This document shows positions 48,052 through 57,394 of a stretch of DNA of 64,000 bases, piece by piece. The DNA is taken from the NCBI GenBank assembly GCA_945897555.1, contig CAMDGF010000007.1:444-64443 (forward strand), read 5' to 3'. The notes beneath the pieces were generated by a model. That model saw only the letters and a program-made list of their open reading frames with translations. It was not told where the DNA came from and searched no databases. How positions within the stretch are numbered: position 1 is the first letter of the stretch; the number at the start of each line of letters is the position of its first letter. A program made the position numbers and the translations under genes. This DNA is from Klebsiella pneumoniae (GTDB lineage: Bacteria > Pseudomonadota > Gammaproteobacteria > Burkholderiales > UBA3065).

Positions 48052-49257
48052 CTAACGCATCGCTTGCCGTATCAACTCGGATTTCACCGGCGCAAGGTGG
48101 TTCAGTACGCCCATGCCGTGGCCACCGAGGAAGCCGCCGAGCGGGCTGCCGAACAAGCGGAAGAGTCCGTCGGTGACCGCCTCGATGCTGTGCACATCGG
48201 TTTGGCGGAGCGCTTCGTAGCGTGCCAAAGCATAGGCATCGCCGGGATCGCGACGGCCGTCGGTGGCCTCAAGCAGGGCCCGCACGTCGCGCAGACCCAG
48301 GTTCATGCCTTGGCCGGCCAGCGGATGCACCACATGCGCGGCATCGCCCACCAGGGCCATGCGGGAGGCCGTGAGCTGCTTGGCTCGCTTCCGCCGCAGT
48401 GGGAACGACTGCGGTGGCGACACCAGCTTCAGGCCGCCCCAACGGTGCTCGCCCGCGGCTCCCACCTGTGCAGTCAGTGCATCCGCGTCAAGCTCCAGCA
48501 AGGCTTCGGCGCGCGTCTGGGGCAGGCTCCAGACCATGCTGATGTGGCGATCGGGAAGGGGTAGCCAGGCCAGCACGGCTCCGTTGTCGAACCACTGGCA
48601 GGCGATGCCGCGGTGGTCACGCTCGCAAGTGAAATTGGCCACCACCGCACGGTGCGCATAATCCACGCCGGTGGTGGGGATGCCGGCAAGGTCGCGCAGC
48701 GGCGAGGCGGCACCGTCGGCGGCTACCAGCAGCCGGGTGCTGAGCACCTCACCTGCGTCGAGCCCGAGCTCGAGTGTGTGAGGCGTTGGCGGCGCGTCGG
48801 CCCGGTCTTGCAGTGCGACGATGCGCGTCTCGACGGGCTCTGCGGCTGCGACGCCGGCCTCGGCCAGCGCAGCTTCGAGCGCCCGCAAGAGGTTGTCGCT
48901 CTCGATGATCAGTGCCAGCTCGGCGGCCCCGGCCTGTTCGGCAGACAGATCGAGCCCGTGGCCGTGCCGAGCGCGGATGCGCATCTGGCGCACGCTACCG
49001 AGCCGGGCGGTGTCGAGATGCGTCACCACGCCGAGCCGTTCGAGCCAGCCGAGATTGCCGGGGGAAAGTGCGTAGATCCTGGCGGCGAAGCCGTCAGGGA
49101 GCTGCGGGGTGGCAAGGGCTGGGCGGAACCAGCGCACCCGGTCGCCACGTGTGACGAGCGCGAGGCAAGCGGCCGCGCCGACGATGCCACCACCAGCGAC
49201 GACCGCGTCGAGCGTGCCATCGGCTGGCCTTGCGTGGGTCTGCTTGCGGTCTGGCAT
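48052..49257 (-). CDS. UbiH/UbiF/VisC/COQ6-family FAD-dependent ubiquinone hydroxylase
   Basis: DAVVAGGGIVGAAACLAL dinucleotide fold and LVGDAAHVVHPLAGQGMNLGLRDV. ATG 49257 is preferred over the ORF-track TTG 49314. Confidence 0.85.
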   Translation of the reverse strand: MPDRKQTHARPADGTLDAVVAGGGIVGAAACLALVTRGDRVRWFRPALATPQLPDGFAARIYALSPGNLGWLERLGVVTHLDTARLGSVRQMRIRARHGHGLDLSAEQAGAAELALIIESDNLLRALEAALAEAGVAAAEPVETRIVALQDRADAPPTPHTLELGLDAGEVLSTRLLVAADGAASPLRDLAGIPTTGVDYAHRAVVANFTCERDHRGIACQWFDNGAVLAWLPLPDRHISMVWSLPQTRAEALLELDADALTAQVGAAGEHRWGGLKLVSPPQSFPLRRKRAKQLTASRMALVGDAAHVVHPLAGQGMNLGLRDVRALLEATDGRRDPGDAYALARYEALRQTDVHSIEAVTDGLFRLFGSPLGGFLGGHGMGVLNHLAPVKSELIRQAMR

Positions 49258-49334
49258 CTTGAACAGGGCGTGGCGTGGTGTAGGGCGGGGCCGGTTGACC
49301 TGCCTCGACGTCAAGCCTAGACTACGCGACCCAC

Positions 49335-49411
<77 letters not shown>

Positions 49412-49422
49412 GTCTCACCCGC

Positions 49423-49452
49423 AAGGCCGGCCCTGTGTCGGCCTTGTTTTTT
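49423..49452 (+). terminator. rho-independent terminator after the tRNA
   Basis: AAGGCCG-(9-nt loop)-CGGCCTT followed by GTTTTTTG. Confidence 0.75.
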
Positions 49453-49745
49453 GCGGTGATCGTTGACTTAAGCGGTGTGTCGAATGCTGACCCGCAGCAC
49501 CCACCATGGCGTCCCCGGTGATCGGTTGATCGAGCCCACGCGCAAAGGACTGGATCTACGCCCTGAGCTCGAAGAGATCCGCAGACGCTTCTCCTGCGAA
49601 CCTGGTTTGGCGCCCGCAACTGCACAGGCCTTTTTGCTGCAGCTGCAGAGCTTGTCCGAGGCTCTGGCCGGCTCGGAGCCGATGTGGGAGGCGTCTTCGC
49701 AGGGCGCCTGACACGGACGTTGTGCTCGGCACGGCGAGCGGCTGG

Positions 49746-50228
49746 TCAATCCGTGGGGCAGGGGGCATCGTCCGGTTGCGTGCGCCAGCGGCCATTGATG
49801 ATGAAGTCTTGCAACATGTGAATGGCAGCACCGTGGCCGAACATGAGGTCGTCAAGCAGATCCATGAACTGGTCGGCGTCGACCAGGGTGGAAGCCATCG
49901 ACCACTCGGCAAAATCGCGTTGCGCGATCGGGGTCGCGCGCAGCAGCAGAAAGTCACCATTGCGGGTGTCGTCGCGGATCTTGTCCAGAAGTTTGCTCAA
50001 GGCTTGTGCCGGGCCTTCCAGAACCTGCATGAACCACCCACCGTGTGAGACGAGCACTCCCGTGATGTCGCGTGCAGGGTTGTTGCGGCGCGACACGTCG
50101 AGAATGTCGGCCTCCCCTACCGCATCCGTCAGGCAACGGCTGCGGTAAACCACCTGTAGTAGACAGCTGGCATAAGTATCTTCGGGGCCCAGCACGGGTC
50201 GCTTGGAACCCAGGAGTTCATGCTGCAT
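49746..50228 (-). CDS. short BLUF-domain blue-light photoreceptor
   Basis: 160 aa. BLUF hallmarks are in the right order and spacing: Tyr in LLQVVYRSRC, Gln in GWFMQVLEGP, Trp-x-Met in FAEWSMA. An extension of about 45 aa follows, with no output domain. Confidence 0.85.
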   Translation of the reverse strand: MQHELLGSKRPVLGPEDTYASCLLQVVYRSRCLTDAVGEADILDVSRRNNPARDITGVLVSHGGWFMQVLEGPAQALSKLLDKIRDDTRNGDFLLLRATPIAQRDFAEWSMASTLVDADQFMDLLDDLMFGHGAAIHMLQDFIINGRWRTQPDDAPCPTD

Positions 50229-50395
50229 GCCGTAGTGACCTTCGTGCCATGGCTCAGTTCCGCGCCCCCCTCGTATTCAGCGCGTTGACCTGCCGCCCCT
50301 CATGATTTTCTGCGTTCTGGTGTGGCAGCGCATCACATCGTGCGTGGCACCTTTCATTTGTCACACGGTCCGACTATAGTCCGCTGCGGCTGGGC

Positions 50396-50421
50396 GATAA
50401 CTTTCTTAGAAGAAATCTATC
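50396..50421. promoter_or_regulatory. 26-bp imperfect palindrome (candidate operator) in the BLUF/rubrerythrin divergent region
   Basis: GATAACTTTCTTAGAAGAAATCTATC. 10 of 13 positions pair, with core TTTCTT-AG-AAGAAA. Lies 67 nt upstream of the rubrerythrin ATG. The cognate regulator is unknown. Confidence 0.3.
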
Positions 50422-50487
50422 AGCCTGAAAATCTGTGATTATCGATCCCGCGCCGCGGGTACCTACAATCGGAACCAGGAGACTGAC

Positions 50488-50910
50488 ATGCCGCAACTCC
50501 AAGGCACCAAGACCCATCAGCATCTGAAGGACGCTTTCGCCGGCGAGAGCCAAGCCAACCGCCGCTACCTGTATTTCGCAAACAAGGCCGACGTCGAAGG
50601 CCACCCGGAAGTCGCTACGCTGTTCCGTTCGACTGCCGAAGGCGAGACGGGCCACGCGCACGGCCACCTGGACTATCTGGCTCAAGTGGGTGACCCGGCC
50701 ACCGGCATGCCGATGGGCAGCTCGGAGCAAAACCTGGCTTCAGCCGTCGCTGGCGAGACCCACGAGTACACCGATATGTACCCGGGCATGGCCAAGGACG
50801 CTCGCGAGGAAGGCTTCGACGAGATCGCCGATTGGTTCGAGACCCTGGCCAAGGCCGAGCGCTCGCACGCCAACAAGTTCGCCAAGGCACTCGAAGCTCT
50901 GGCGGTCTGA
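50488..50910 (+). CDS. rubrerythrin-family di-iron protein (no rubredoxin domain)
   Basis: 140 aa. [24 protein letters not shown] and ExxH motifs ([20 protein letters not shown]). AGGAG SD upstream. Confidence 0.9.
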   Translation: MPQLQGTKTHQHLKDAFAGESQANRRYLYFANKADVEGHPEVATLFRSTAEGETGHAHGHLDYLAQVGDPATGMPMGSSEQNLASAVAGETHEYTDMYPGMAKDAREEGFDEIADWFETLAKAERSHANKFAKALEALAV

Positions 50911-50929
50911 TCCGGCGTTTGCAGTTCGC

Positions 50930-50959
50930 GGGGGTGTCGCACGGCACCCCCGTTTTGTT
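50930..50959 (+). terminator. rho-independent terminator (or attenuator) after rubrerythrin
   Basis: GGGGGTG-(8-nt loop)-CACCCCC followed by GTTTTGTT, 20 nt after the stop codon. Confidence 0.65.
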
Positions 50960-51013
50960 ACGTCACCCACCGCTCTCGATTAAAGTCGCGCCCGACATCT
51001 CTGGAGAACGACC

Positions 51014-52372
51014 ATGACCGTCCGCGAAGGCTCACTCGAAGCCCCGATCCGTCACCCCATCGACTGGAAGAACCCGGCCTATTACGACGAGGCCGCCGTC
51101 GAGGCCGAGCTCGAACGAGTGTTCGACATCTGCCATGGTTGCCGCCGTTGCGTGAGCCTTTGCAACAGCTTCCCGCTGCTGTTCGACCTGATCGACGAAG
51201 GCCCGACCGGCGAGGTGGATGGCGTGAACAAGGCCGATTTCCACAAGGTCGTGGACCAGTGCTACTTGTGCGACGTCTGCTACATGACCAAATGCCCCTA
51301 CGTGCCGCCGCATCCGTGGAATCTCGATTTCCCGCACCTGATGCTGCAGCACAAGGCCATCGAATTCAAAAAGGGCATTCCCACCGCTTTCCGGGACAAG
51401 ACCCTCTCCAATACCGCGCTCAACGGCAAGCTTGCCGCTATCCCGGTGGTGGCACAGACCGTCAATGCGCTGGCCAAGGTCGCCCCTGCGCGCGCCCTCG
51501 GCGAGAAGCTGCTCGGCGTGCACAAGACCGCCTGGCTGCCGGAATACACCTCCAGCCCGTTCGAATCGAACCACGCGGAGTCGCACCAGCATCCGGTCAA
51601 GGATGGCCAGCGCACGCCCGGCAAGGTCGCCATCTACACCACCTGCTATGTGAACTGGAACGAGCCGGGCATCGGCCACGACCTCATCAAGGTGCTCGAG
51701 CACAACAGCATCCCCTACGTGGTGGTGGAGAAGCAGGCTTGCTGTGGCATGCCCAAGCTCGAGCTGGGCGATCTGGAGTCGGTCGAGGGGCTGGTCAAAC
51801 AGACCATCCCCGGCTTGGCCAAGCTGGCCAAAGCAGGCTACGCCATCGTCACGCCGATCCCCTCTTGCACGCTGATGTTCAAGCAGGAGATCCCGTTGAT
51901 GTTCCCCGGCGACGAAGACATCGCGGCGGTGCAGAAGGCCATGTTCGACCCGTTCGAATATTTCGTTGCGCGTGACAAGGATGGCCTGCTCAAGACCGAC
52001 TTCAAGCAGCCGCTGGGCAATGTGAGCTACCACGTGGCCTGCCACTTGCGCGTGCAGAACGTGGGCCAGAAGACCCGCGAGATGCTGCAGAAGGTGCCGG
52101 AGACGGCGGTGAACACAGTGGAGCGCTGCTCTGGCCACGCCGGTACCTGGGGCGTGAAGAAGGAGTTCCACGAGATGGCCCTGAAGATCGGCAAGCCCAT
52201 GTTCCGCCAGATGAACGAACACCCCAACGGTGTGGTCGACTACATCGCGTCGGATTGCCAGCTCGCAGGCCACCACATCGCGCAGGGCATCGACGAGGGC
52301 GTGGCCAACGGCCCCACCGACGACAAGGTTCAACATCCTCTTTCCCTGCTGGCGCGCGCCTACGGGCTCTGA
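51014..52372 (+). CDS. HdrD/GlpC/GlcF-like (Fe-S)-binding protein with two CCG domains
   Basis: 452 aa. Two ferredoxin-type clusters (CHGCRRCVSLC...P and CYLCDVCYMTKCP), then cysteine-rich CCG-type motifs (ACCGMP; ERCSGHAG). GGAGA SD upstream. Confidence 0.85.
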   Translation: MTVREGSLEAPIRHPIDWKNPAYYDEAAVEAELERVFDICHGCRRCVSLCNSFPLLFDLIDEGPTGEVDGVNKADFHKVVDQCYLCDVCYMTKCPYVPPHPWNLDFPHLMLQHKAIEFKKGIPTAFRDKTLSNTALNGKLAAIPVVAQTVNALAKVAPARALGEKLLGVHKTAWLPEYTSSPFESNHAESHQHPVKDGQRTPGKVAIYTTCYVNWNEPGIGHDLIKVLEHNSIPYVVVEKQACCGMPKLELGDLESVEGLVKQTIPGLAKLAKAGYAIVTPIPSCTLMFKQEIPLMFPGDEDIAAVQKAMFDPFEYFVARDKDGLLKTDFKQPLGNVSYHVACHLRVQNVGQKTREMLQKVPETAVNTVERCSGHAGTWGVKKEFHEMALKIGKPMFRQMNEHPNGVVDYIASDCQLAGHHIAQGIDEGVANGPTDDKVQHPLSLLARAYGL

Positions 52373-52409
52373 CCCGACGCGCCGGCTGCTACACACTCAG
52401 GAGACGCAT

Positions 52410-52991
52410 ATGACGCTGACCCGCGAATCGCTCTGGACCCTCGAACACTATGCCCGCGTGCGCAACGATTTCCGTGCCGAGGTGATCGCACACAAACGCC
52501 TGCGCAGCCTTGCGCTGGGCGAGCACGTGACGATGCTGTTCGAGGATGAGATGACCATCCGCTATCAGGTGCAGGAGATGCTGCGCATCGAAAAGATCTT
52601 CGAAGACGCCGGCATCCGTGACGAACTCGAGGCGTATACGCCGCTCATCCCGGACGGCCGCAATTTCAAGGCGACGATGATGATCGAGTACTCCGACCCG
52701 GAGGTGCGCGCCGCCGAGTTGCGCAAGCTCAAGGGTATCGAGGACCGCGTCTGGCTTCAGGTCGAGGGCCGCGAGAAGGTCTGGGCCATCGCCGACGAGG
52801 ACCTTGAGCGTGAGAACGACGAGAAGACCAGCGCCGTGCACTTCCTGCGCTTCGAACTCGACACCGACATGGCCGAGGCGCTCAAATACGGCGTCGCCTT
52901 GTCGGCTGGCATCAGCCACCCGCAGTACACGGTGAAGGTGGAGCCGGTTGCGGCCGATTTTCGCAACGCCCTGGTCAAAGATCTCAAGTGA
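52410..52991 (+). CDS. DUF3501-family protein
   Basis: Trimmed to ATG 52410 with AGGAGA SD: [32 protein letters not shown]...[12 protein letters not shown]...[25 protein letters not shown]. Family recalled from memory, not searched. Confidence 0.75.
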   Translation: MTLTRESLWTLEHYARVRNDFRAEVIAHKRLRSLALGEHVTMLFEDEMTIRYQVQEMLRIEKIFEDAGIRDELEAYTPLIPDGRNFKATMMIEYSDPEVRAAELRKLKGIEDRVWLQVEGREKVWAIADEDLERENDEKTSAVHFLRFELDTDMAEALKYGVALSAGISHPQYTVKVEPVAADFRNALVKDLK

Positions 52992-52998
52992 GCACCCG

Positions 52999-53388
52999 AT
53001 GAGCCATCACACCGAGAAGCGCATCATCTCGACGCCGGAAGCTCCTGCGGCGATCGGCACTTACTCGCAGGCGGTGCGCGTCGGTGATACGGTGTATTGC
53101 TCGGGTCAGATCGGCCTAGATCCGGAGACCATGCTGATGGTCGATGGCATCGAGGCACAGATCCACCGGGTGTTCCAGAACCTTGCCGCGGTGGCACATG
53201 CGGCTGGCGCCAGCATGGCCAATGCAGTGCGGCTGACGGTATTCCTCACCGATCTGGGCCACTTTGCCAAGGTCAACGAGATCATGGCTGAGTACGTGCC
53301 GCAACCTTACCCGGCGCGCGCTGCGGTGGGCGTTGCCAGTCTGCCGCGCGGCGCGCTGGTCGAGGTCGATGCCGTGCTGGTGGTGTGA
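52999..53388 (+). CDS. ridA: RidA/YjgF-family reactive-intermediate deaminase
   Basis: Trimmed to ATG 52999: [42 protein letters not shown]...[21 protein letters not shown], 129 aa. Confidence 0.9.
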   Translation: MSHHTEKRIISTPEAPAAIGTYSQAVRVGDTVYCSGQIGLDPETMLMVDGIEAQIHRVFQNLAAVAHAAGASMANAVRLTVFLTDLGHFAKVNEIMAEYVPQPYPARAAVGVASLPRGALVEVDAVLVV

Positions 53389-55439
53389 GCGGTCTTGCCC
53401 GGCTTGGGCTCACCGAGCCGTGGCATTGCGTCCTCCACCTGCCGCTGCGCTACGAGGATGAGTCCCGCGTCACCCCGATCGGTGCGCTGAGCAGCGGCGA
53501 GCATGCCCTCACCGAGGGCCGTCTGGTGCACGGCGAGGTTCGGCTGCGGCCGCGCCGGCAGTGGATCGGCAAGGTCCGCGATGAGGCCGGCGATGAACTC
53601 ACCGTCCGTCTCATCCACTTCTCCAATGCGCAGTTGCAGGCCCTGCCGGTCGGCAGCTGGCTCCGGCTGTACGGCGAGGCGCGTGGCAGCTTGTTCGGCC
53701 GAGAGATGGTGCACCCGCGCATGCGTGTCAGCGAGCCGGGCGCGCCGACGCGCTCGGGGCTCACGGCCGTCTACCCTACCGTGGCTGGTGTGGCGCAGCC
53801 CACCCTCCGGCGCGCGGTGGCGGCCGCCTTCAAGAGCCTCGACTGGTCCGACACACTCGATGAGCCGACACGCAGGCGCTTGGGCTTGCCGGTGCTGCGC
53901 GAGGCGCTGGCGCGGCTGCATTATCCGCAACACATCCCGCCTGCCGATGACCCGGCCTGGCAACGCGTGCGCTTTGACGAGTTGCTGGCGCAGCGTCTGA
54001 GTCTGCGCCTGGCTCGGCGCGTGCGAGCGGCGTTGGTGGCAGCGGCATTGCCGGCACCCGGGAGTGACGCCGACAGGCGCGCTGCTGCCGTGGCCGGCAG
54101 CCCCGCGCGGGGGGGTGGAGCGGATGCGGCTGGCCGGGACCTGGTCGGCGCGCTGCTCGGCAGCCTGCCCTTTCCCCTCACGGGTGCGCAGCAGCGCGCC
54201 TGGAGACATATCGCCGCAGACCTCTCGCGGCCGCAGCCGATGCAGCGCCTGCTGCAGGGCGACGTCGGAGCTGGCAAGACGATCGTGGCCGCCATGGCCT
54301 GCCTGCGTGCGGTGGAGAACGGCCGGCAGGCGGCGGTGATGGCGCCCACCGAGTTGTTGGCCGAGCAGCATCTGACCAAGTTCAGGCAGTGGCTGGAGCC
54401 CCTCGGTGTGCGCGTGGCGGGCCTCTCTGGTGGCCAGAAGAAGGCCGAGCGCGAGCGTCTGGCGGCGGCAGTGGCGGCCGGCGACATCGACGTGGTCGTG
54501 GGCACCCACGCGCTGTTCCAGAAGGGCGTGGCGTTCCGTGCGCTGGCGCTGGTGGTGGTGGATGAGCAGCATCGCTTTGGCGTGGCGCAGCGCTTGAGCC
54601 TCGCCGGCAAGGGCGAAGGTGTGCACAGCCTGATGATGAGTGCGACCCCCATCCCGCGTACGCTGGCCATGAGCTACTACGCCGACCTCGACGTGTCGGT
54701 GATCGACGAGCTGCCGCCGGGACGCAGCCCGATCGAGACGCGCGTGATCGGCAACCCCCGCCGTGCTGAGGTGATCGACAAGTTGGCGCGAGCGTGTGGC
54801 GACGGCCATCAGATCTACTGGGTCTGCCCGCTGGTCGAGGAATCGGATGTGCTGCAGCTGCGCGCCGCGACCGAGGCGTACGAGGAGCTGCGCGGCAGTC
54901 ACCCCGAGGTGCGCTTCGGGCTGGTGCACGGGCGCATGGCGGCGGCCGAGAAGGCCGCGGTGATGGGGGCTTTCCAGCGCCACGAGATCGACTGGCTGGT
55001 GGCCACCACTGTGATCGAGGTGGGAGTGGACGTGCCCAACGCCACCTGGATGGTGATCGAGCATGCCGAGCGGCTCGGCCTGGCGCAGCTGCACCAGCTG
55101 CGTGGCCGGGTGGGGCGCGGGCCGCGGCAGAGTCACTGCATCTTGCTGTTCGAGCCAGGCCTCTCGGAGAACGCGCGCAAGCGGCTGGAGATCATCCGCA
55201 ACAGCACCGACGGCTTCGAGATCGCGCGGCGCGATCTTGAGTTGCGCGGGCCGGGCGAACTTCTGGGCAAGTCGCAGAGCGGGCAGCCCTTGCTGCGTTT
55301 TGCCGACCCGGAGCGCGATGTGCTGCTGCTGGAGCAGGCGTCTCAGCTGGCCGAGGACTGGATCGCCCGCGACGACCCCATGGTCGCGGTGCATCTGGAC
55401 CGCTGGCTCGGTGAGCGGCAGGGCTTCTGGCGGACGTAG
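53385..55439 (+). CDS. recG: ATP-dependent DNA helicase RecG
   Basis: 684 aa. HLPLRYED wedge-region start, helicase motifs [15 protein letters not shown] and [11 protein letters not shown] start overlaps the ridA TGA. The N-terminus looks about 25 aa shorter than the E. coli RecG I recall. Confidence 0.95.
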   Translation: MSGLARLGLTEPWHCVLHLPLRYEDESRVTPIGALSSGEHALTEGRLVHGEVRLRPRRQWIGKVRDEAGDELTVRLIHFSNAQLQALPVGSWLRLYGEARGSLFGREMVHPRMRVSEPGAPTRSGLTAVYPTVAGVAQPTLRRAVAAAFKSLDWSDTLDEPTRRRLGLPVLREALARLHYPQHIPPADDPAWQRVRFDELLAQRLSLRLARRVRAALVAAALPAPGSDADRRAAAVAGSPARGGGADAAGRDLVGALLGSLPFPLTGAQQRAWRHIAADLSRPQPMQRLLQGDVGAGKTIVAAMACLRAVENGRQAAVMAPTELLAEQHLTKFRQWLEPLGVRVAGLSGGQKKAERERLAAAVAAGDIDVVVGTHALFQKGVAFRALALVVVDEQHRFGVAQRLSLAGKGEGVHSLMMSATPIPRTLAMSYYADLDVSVIDELPPGRSPIETRVIGNPRRAEVIDKLARACGDGHQIYWVCPLVEESDVLQLRAATEAYEELRGSHPEVRFGLVHGRMAAAEKAAVMGAFQRHEIDWLVATTVIEVGVDVPNATWMVIEHAERLGLAQLHQLRGRVGRGPRQSHCILLFEPGLSENARKRLEIIRNSTDGFEIARRDLELRGPGELLGKSQSGQPLLRFADPERDVLLLEQASQLAEDWIARDDPMVAVHLDRWLGERQGFWRT

Positions 55440-55468
55440 CCAGTTGGTGGCCGGGAAAAACCAGTAGT

Positions 55469-55789
55469 GGGCGGCCCGCTACCTCGGGTGTCACTTGTTC
55501 TTGCTCCCTGCTGCGCAAGGTCGCTTCGAAAAGGACACCCGACGGGGGCCGCCAGTTGAGGTTTGTGGTGCTGCGTTGACCGTGAGTGGCGGGGCGCGGC
55601 GGGCCAAGCTCTTCGCAGGGGCGAAGGCCCCGAGAAGAGTGTCCCGATGGAAGACCCGCTAACCACTAGACGGAAAGCCCCGCCCGCCACCAGCAGCGAC
55701 CGTCAACAGCGGGCCACCGCAGGGGAGGCTCTTCGCTGCGACCTTGCGAAGCACTGGGAGCGAGAAGAGTCGACCCGAGAAGGGCCCGC
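55469..55789 (+). repeat. mosaic hairpin-repeat array, copy A (REP/BIME-like)
   Basis: Collinear with the reverse complement of 58327..58676. A 34-nt exact inverted match (55756..55789 versus 58327..58360) and 13-nt exact matches at 55641..55653/58446..58458 and 55541..55553/58560..58572. Confidence 0.85.
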
Positions 55790-55873
55790 TAAGCACTTCC
55801 CCGGCGCCGGCCGAGTTGCGGCGCACGACAGGCGAGAGGCCAGCGGTCCGTGGCGAATCGCTACACTCGCCGC

Positions 55874-56431
55874 ATGCTGACCCGTCCTGCTGCCGGTTGG
55901 AGGCCTGTTCTGCGGGCTGTTCCGCATGGCGTCACCCCCTGGCTCACCGATCACGATTCGCTCACGGCGGCGGTGCGCGCGCGCTGTGGCGAGCTGCGGG
56001 TGCGGGTGCTGCGGCAGGGCCTTGGCCGGGTGCTGCCCGATGAGGCGGCGATGATCGACGTGCGGCCCGGCGCGCGGGTCTGGCTGCGCGAGGTGGCGTT
56101 GCTTGCCGATGGCGTGCCGTGGGTGTGGGCGCGCAGCGTGGCGCGGCCTGGCGACCTGCGTACCGCCTGGCGCGACCTGGCGGGCATTGGCAACCGCTCG
56201 CTCGGCGCGGCGCTGTTCGCCGACCCGCGCGTCGGGCGCGGAAACCTGCTGGTGCGGGCTCTGGATGGGCGCGATCGGCGTGGTCGCGGAGCCGCAGCAT
56301 GCTTTGCTGCGGGTGGCGTTGAGGCAGCCCAGCTGGCGCCGCTGTGGGCGCGCCGCTCACTGTTCTGCAGGGGGCAGGGCCGCATCCTGGTCACTGAGGT
56401 CTTTACACCCGGCATACCCCGCAGGCCCTGA
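55874..56431 (+). CDS. ubiC: chorismate--pyruvate lyase
   Basis: ATG 55874 preferred over the ORF-track GTG 55850. ...TPWLTDHDSLTAAVRARCGELRVRVLRQG...REVALLADGVPWVWARSV... Directly upstream of ubiA. Confidence 0.8.
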   Translation: MLTRPAAGWRPVLRAVPHGVTPWLTDHDSLTAAVRARCGELRVRVLRQGLGRVLPDEAAMIDVRPGARVWLREVALLADGVPWVWARSVARPGDLRTAWRDLAGIGNRSLGAALFADPRVGRGNLLVRALDGRDRRGRGAAACFAAGGVEAAQLAPLWARRSLFCRGQGRILVTEVFTPGIPRRP

Positions 56432-56524
56432 TCAGTGTTGAGTGCTGGTGAGGCCGTTCATGCCCACCTCGGCTATCCTTTGCGGCTCTGAGCCTTTGCC
56501 AGTCACGGCCCATCCTGCCCCTGC

Positions 56525-57394
56525 ATGAGCAGCACCGCGCAAACCCTCTCTCCTTACATCCGACTCGTGCGCCTCGACAAGCCCGTCGGCATCTGGTTGC
56601 TGCTGTGGCCGACGCTGTGGGGGTTGTGGGTGGCCGCAGGCGGATCGCCGCCCGTCGAGGTGGTGCTCATATTCGTGCTCGGCACGGTGCTCATGCGCTC
56701 CGCTGGCTGCGCCATCAACGACTGGGCCGATCGCGACCTGGACGGCCACGTCGAGCGCACCCGTGGCCGACCGCTGGCAAGCGGCGAACTGCCACCGAGC
56801 GCTGCGCTATGGGTCGCCGCGGGGCTCGCGCTGCTCGCCTTCCTGCTCATCCTGCCCCTGTCGCCCGTGGTCTGGTTGTGGTCCTTGCCAGCGGTGCTAC
56901 TGGCAGCCAGCTATCCCTTCACCAAGCGCTTTTTGGCCATTCCGCAGGCCTACCTGGGCTTGGCATTCGGCTTCGGCATCCCGATGGCGTTTGTCGCTGT
57001 CACCGGTGAGGTGCCAACGGTGGCATGGCTGCTGTTGGCCGCCAACCTGTTCTGGACCATGGCCTACGATACCGAATACGCCATGGTCGACCGCGCCGAC
57101 GACCTCAAGCTCGGGATCCGGACGTCTGCCATCACCTTCGGCCGCTACGATGTCAGCATCATCGCGCTGTGCTACCTCGCCAGCTTGGTGCTGCTGGCGG
57201 TGGCGGCTGGCCTGCTCGAACGCGGCATCTGGTGGATGTTCGGCCTCACCGTAGCGTCGGGCATTGCCTTGCACCATGTGCGGCTCATCTCCGGACGCGA
57301 TCCGGCGGCGTGTTTTCATGCCTTCCGCCACAACGTCTGGTACGGTGCGGCCGTGTTTGCCGGTATCGCGGTGGATTATCTGTCCGCTGCCTGA
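56525..57394 (+). CDS. ubiA: 4-hydroxybenzoate octaprenyltransferase
   Basis: 289 aa. [25 protein letters not shown] and NDWADRDLD prenyltransferase motif. Confidence 0.93.
   Translation: MSSTAQTLSPYIRLVRLDKPVGIWLLLWPTLWGLWVAAGGSPPVEVVLIFVLGTVLMRSAGCAINDWADRDLDGHVERTRGRPLASGELPPSAALWVAAGLALLAFLLILPLSPVVWLWSLPAVLLAASYPFTKRFLAIPQAYLGLAFGFGIPMAFVAVTGEVPTVAWLLLAANLFWTMAYDTEYAMVDRADDLKLGIRTSAITFGRYDVSIIALCYLASLVLLAVAAGLLERGIWWMFGLTVASGIALHHVRLISGRDPAACFHAFRHNVWYGAAVFAGIAVDYLSAA

Noticed and set aside
50431-50446. Fur-box-like sequence (reverse complement ATCGATAATCACAGAT) upstream of rubrerythrin.
   Set aside because: Only one GATAAT-like hexamer matches. The 19-bp Fur consensus dyad is not present.
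49412-53000. A genomic island integrated at the tRNA(CAU) gene.
   Set aside because: No integrase, no mobility genes, and no direct repeat of the tRNA 3' end could be found by eye. Only the compositional dip is retained, as a low-confidence finding.
55563-55880. ORFs inside the repeat arrays (55563..55880 +, 58320..58700 as an N-terminal extension of the hydrolase ORF, 57442..58557 -) that share peptide segments such as SVPME.P..T.
   Set aside because: The shared peptides simply reflect the DNA repeats read in an open frame. There is no SD or start context, the composition is Arg/Pro/Ala-rich, and the hydrolase has a good ATG at 58701 just after the array.
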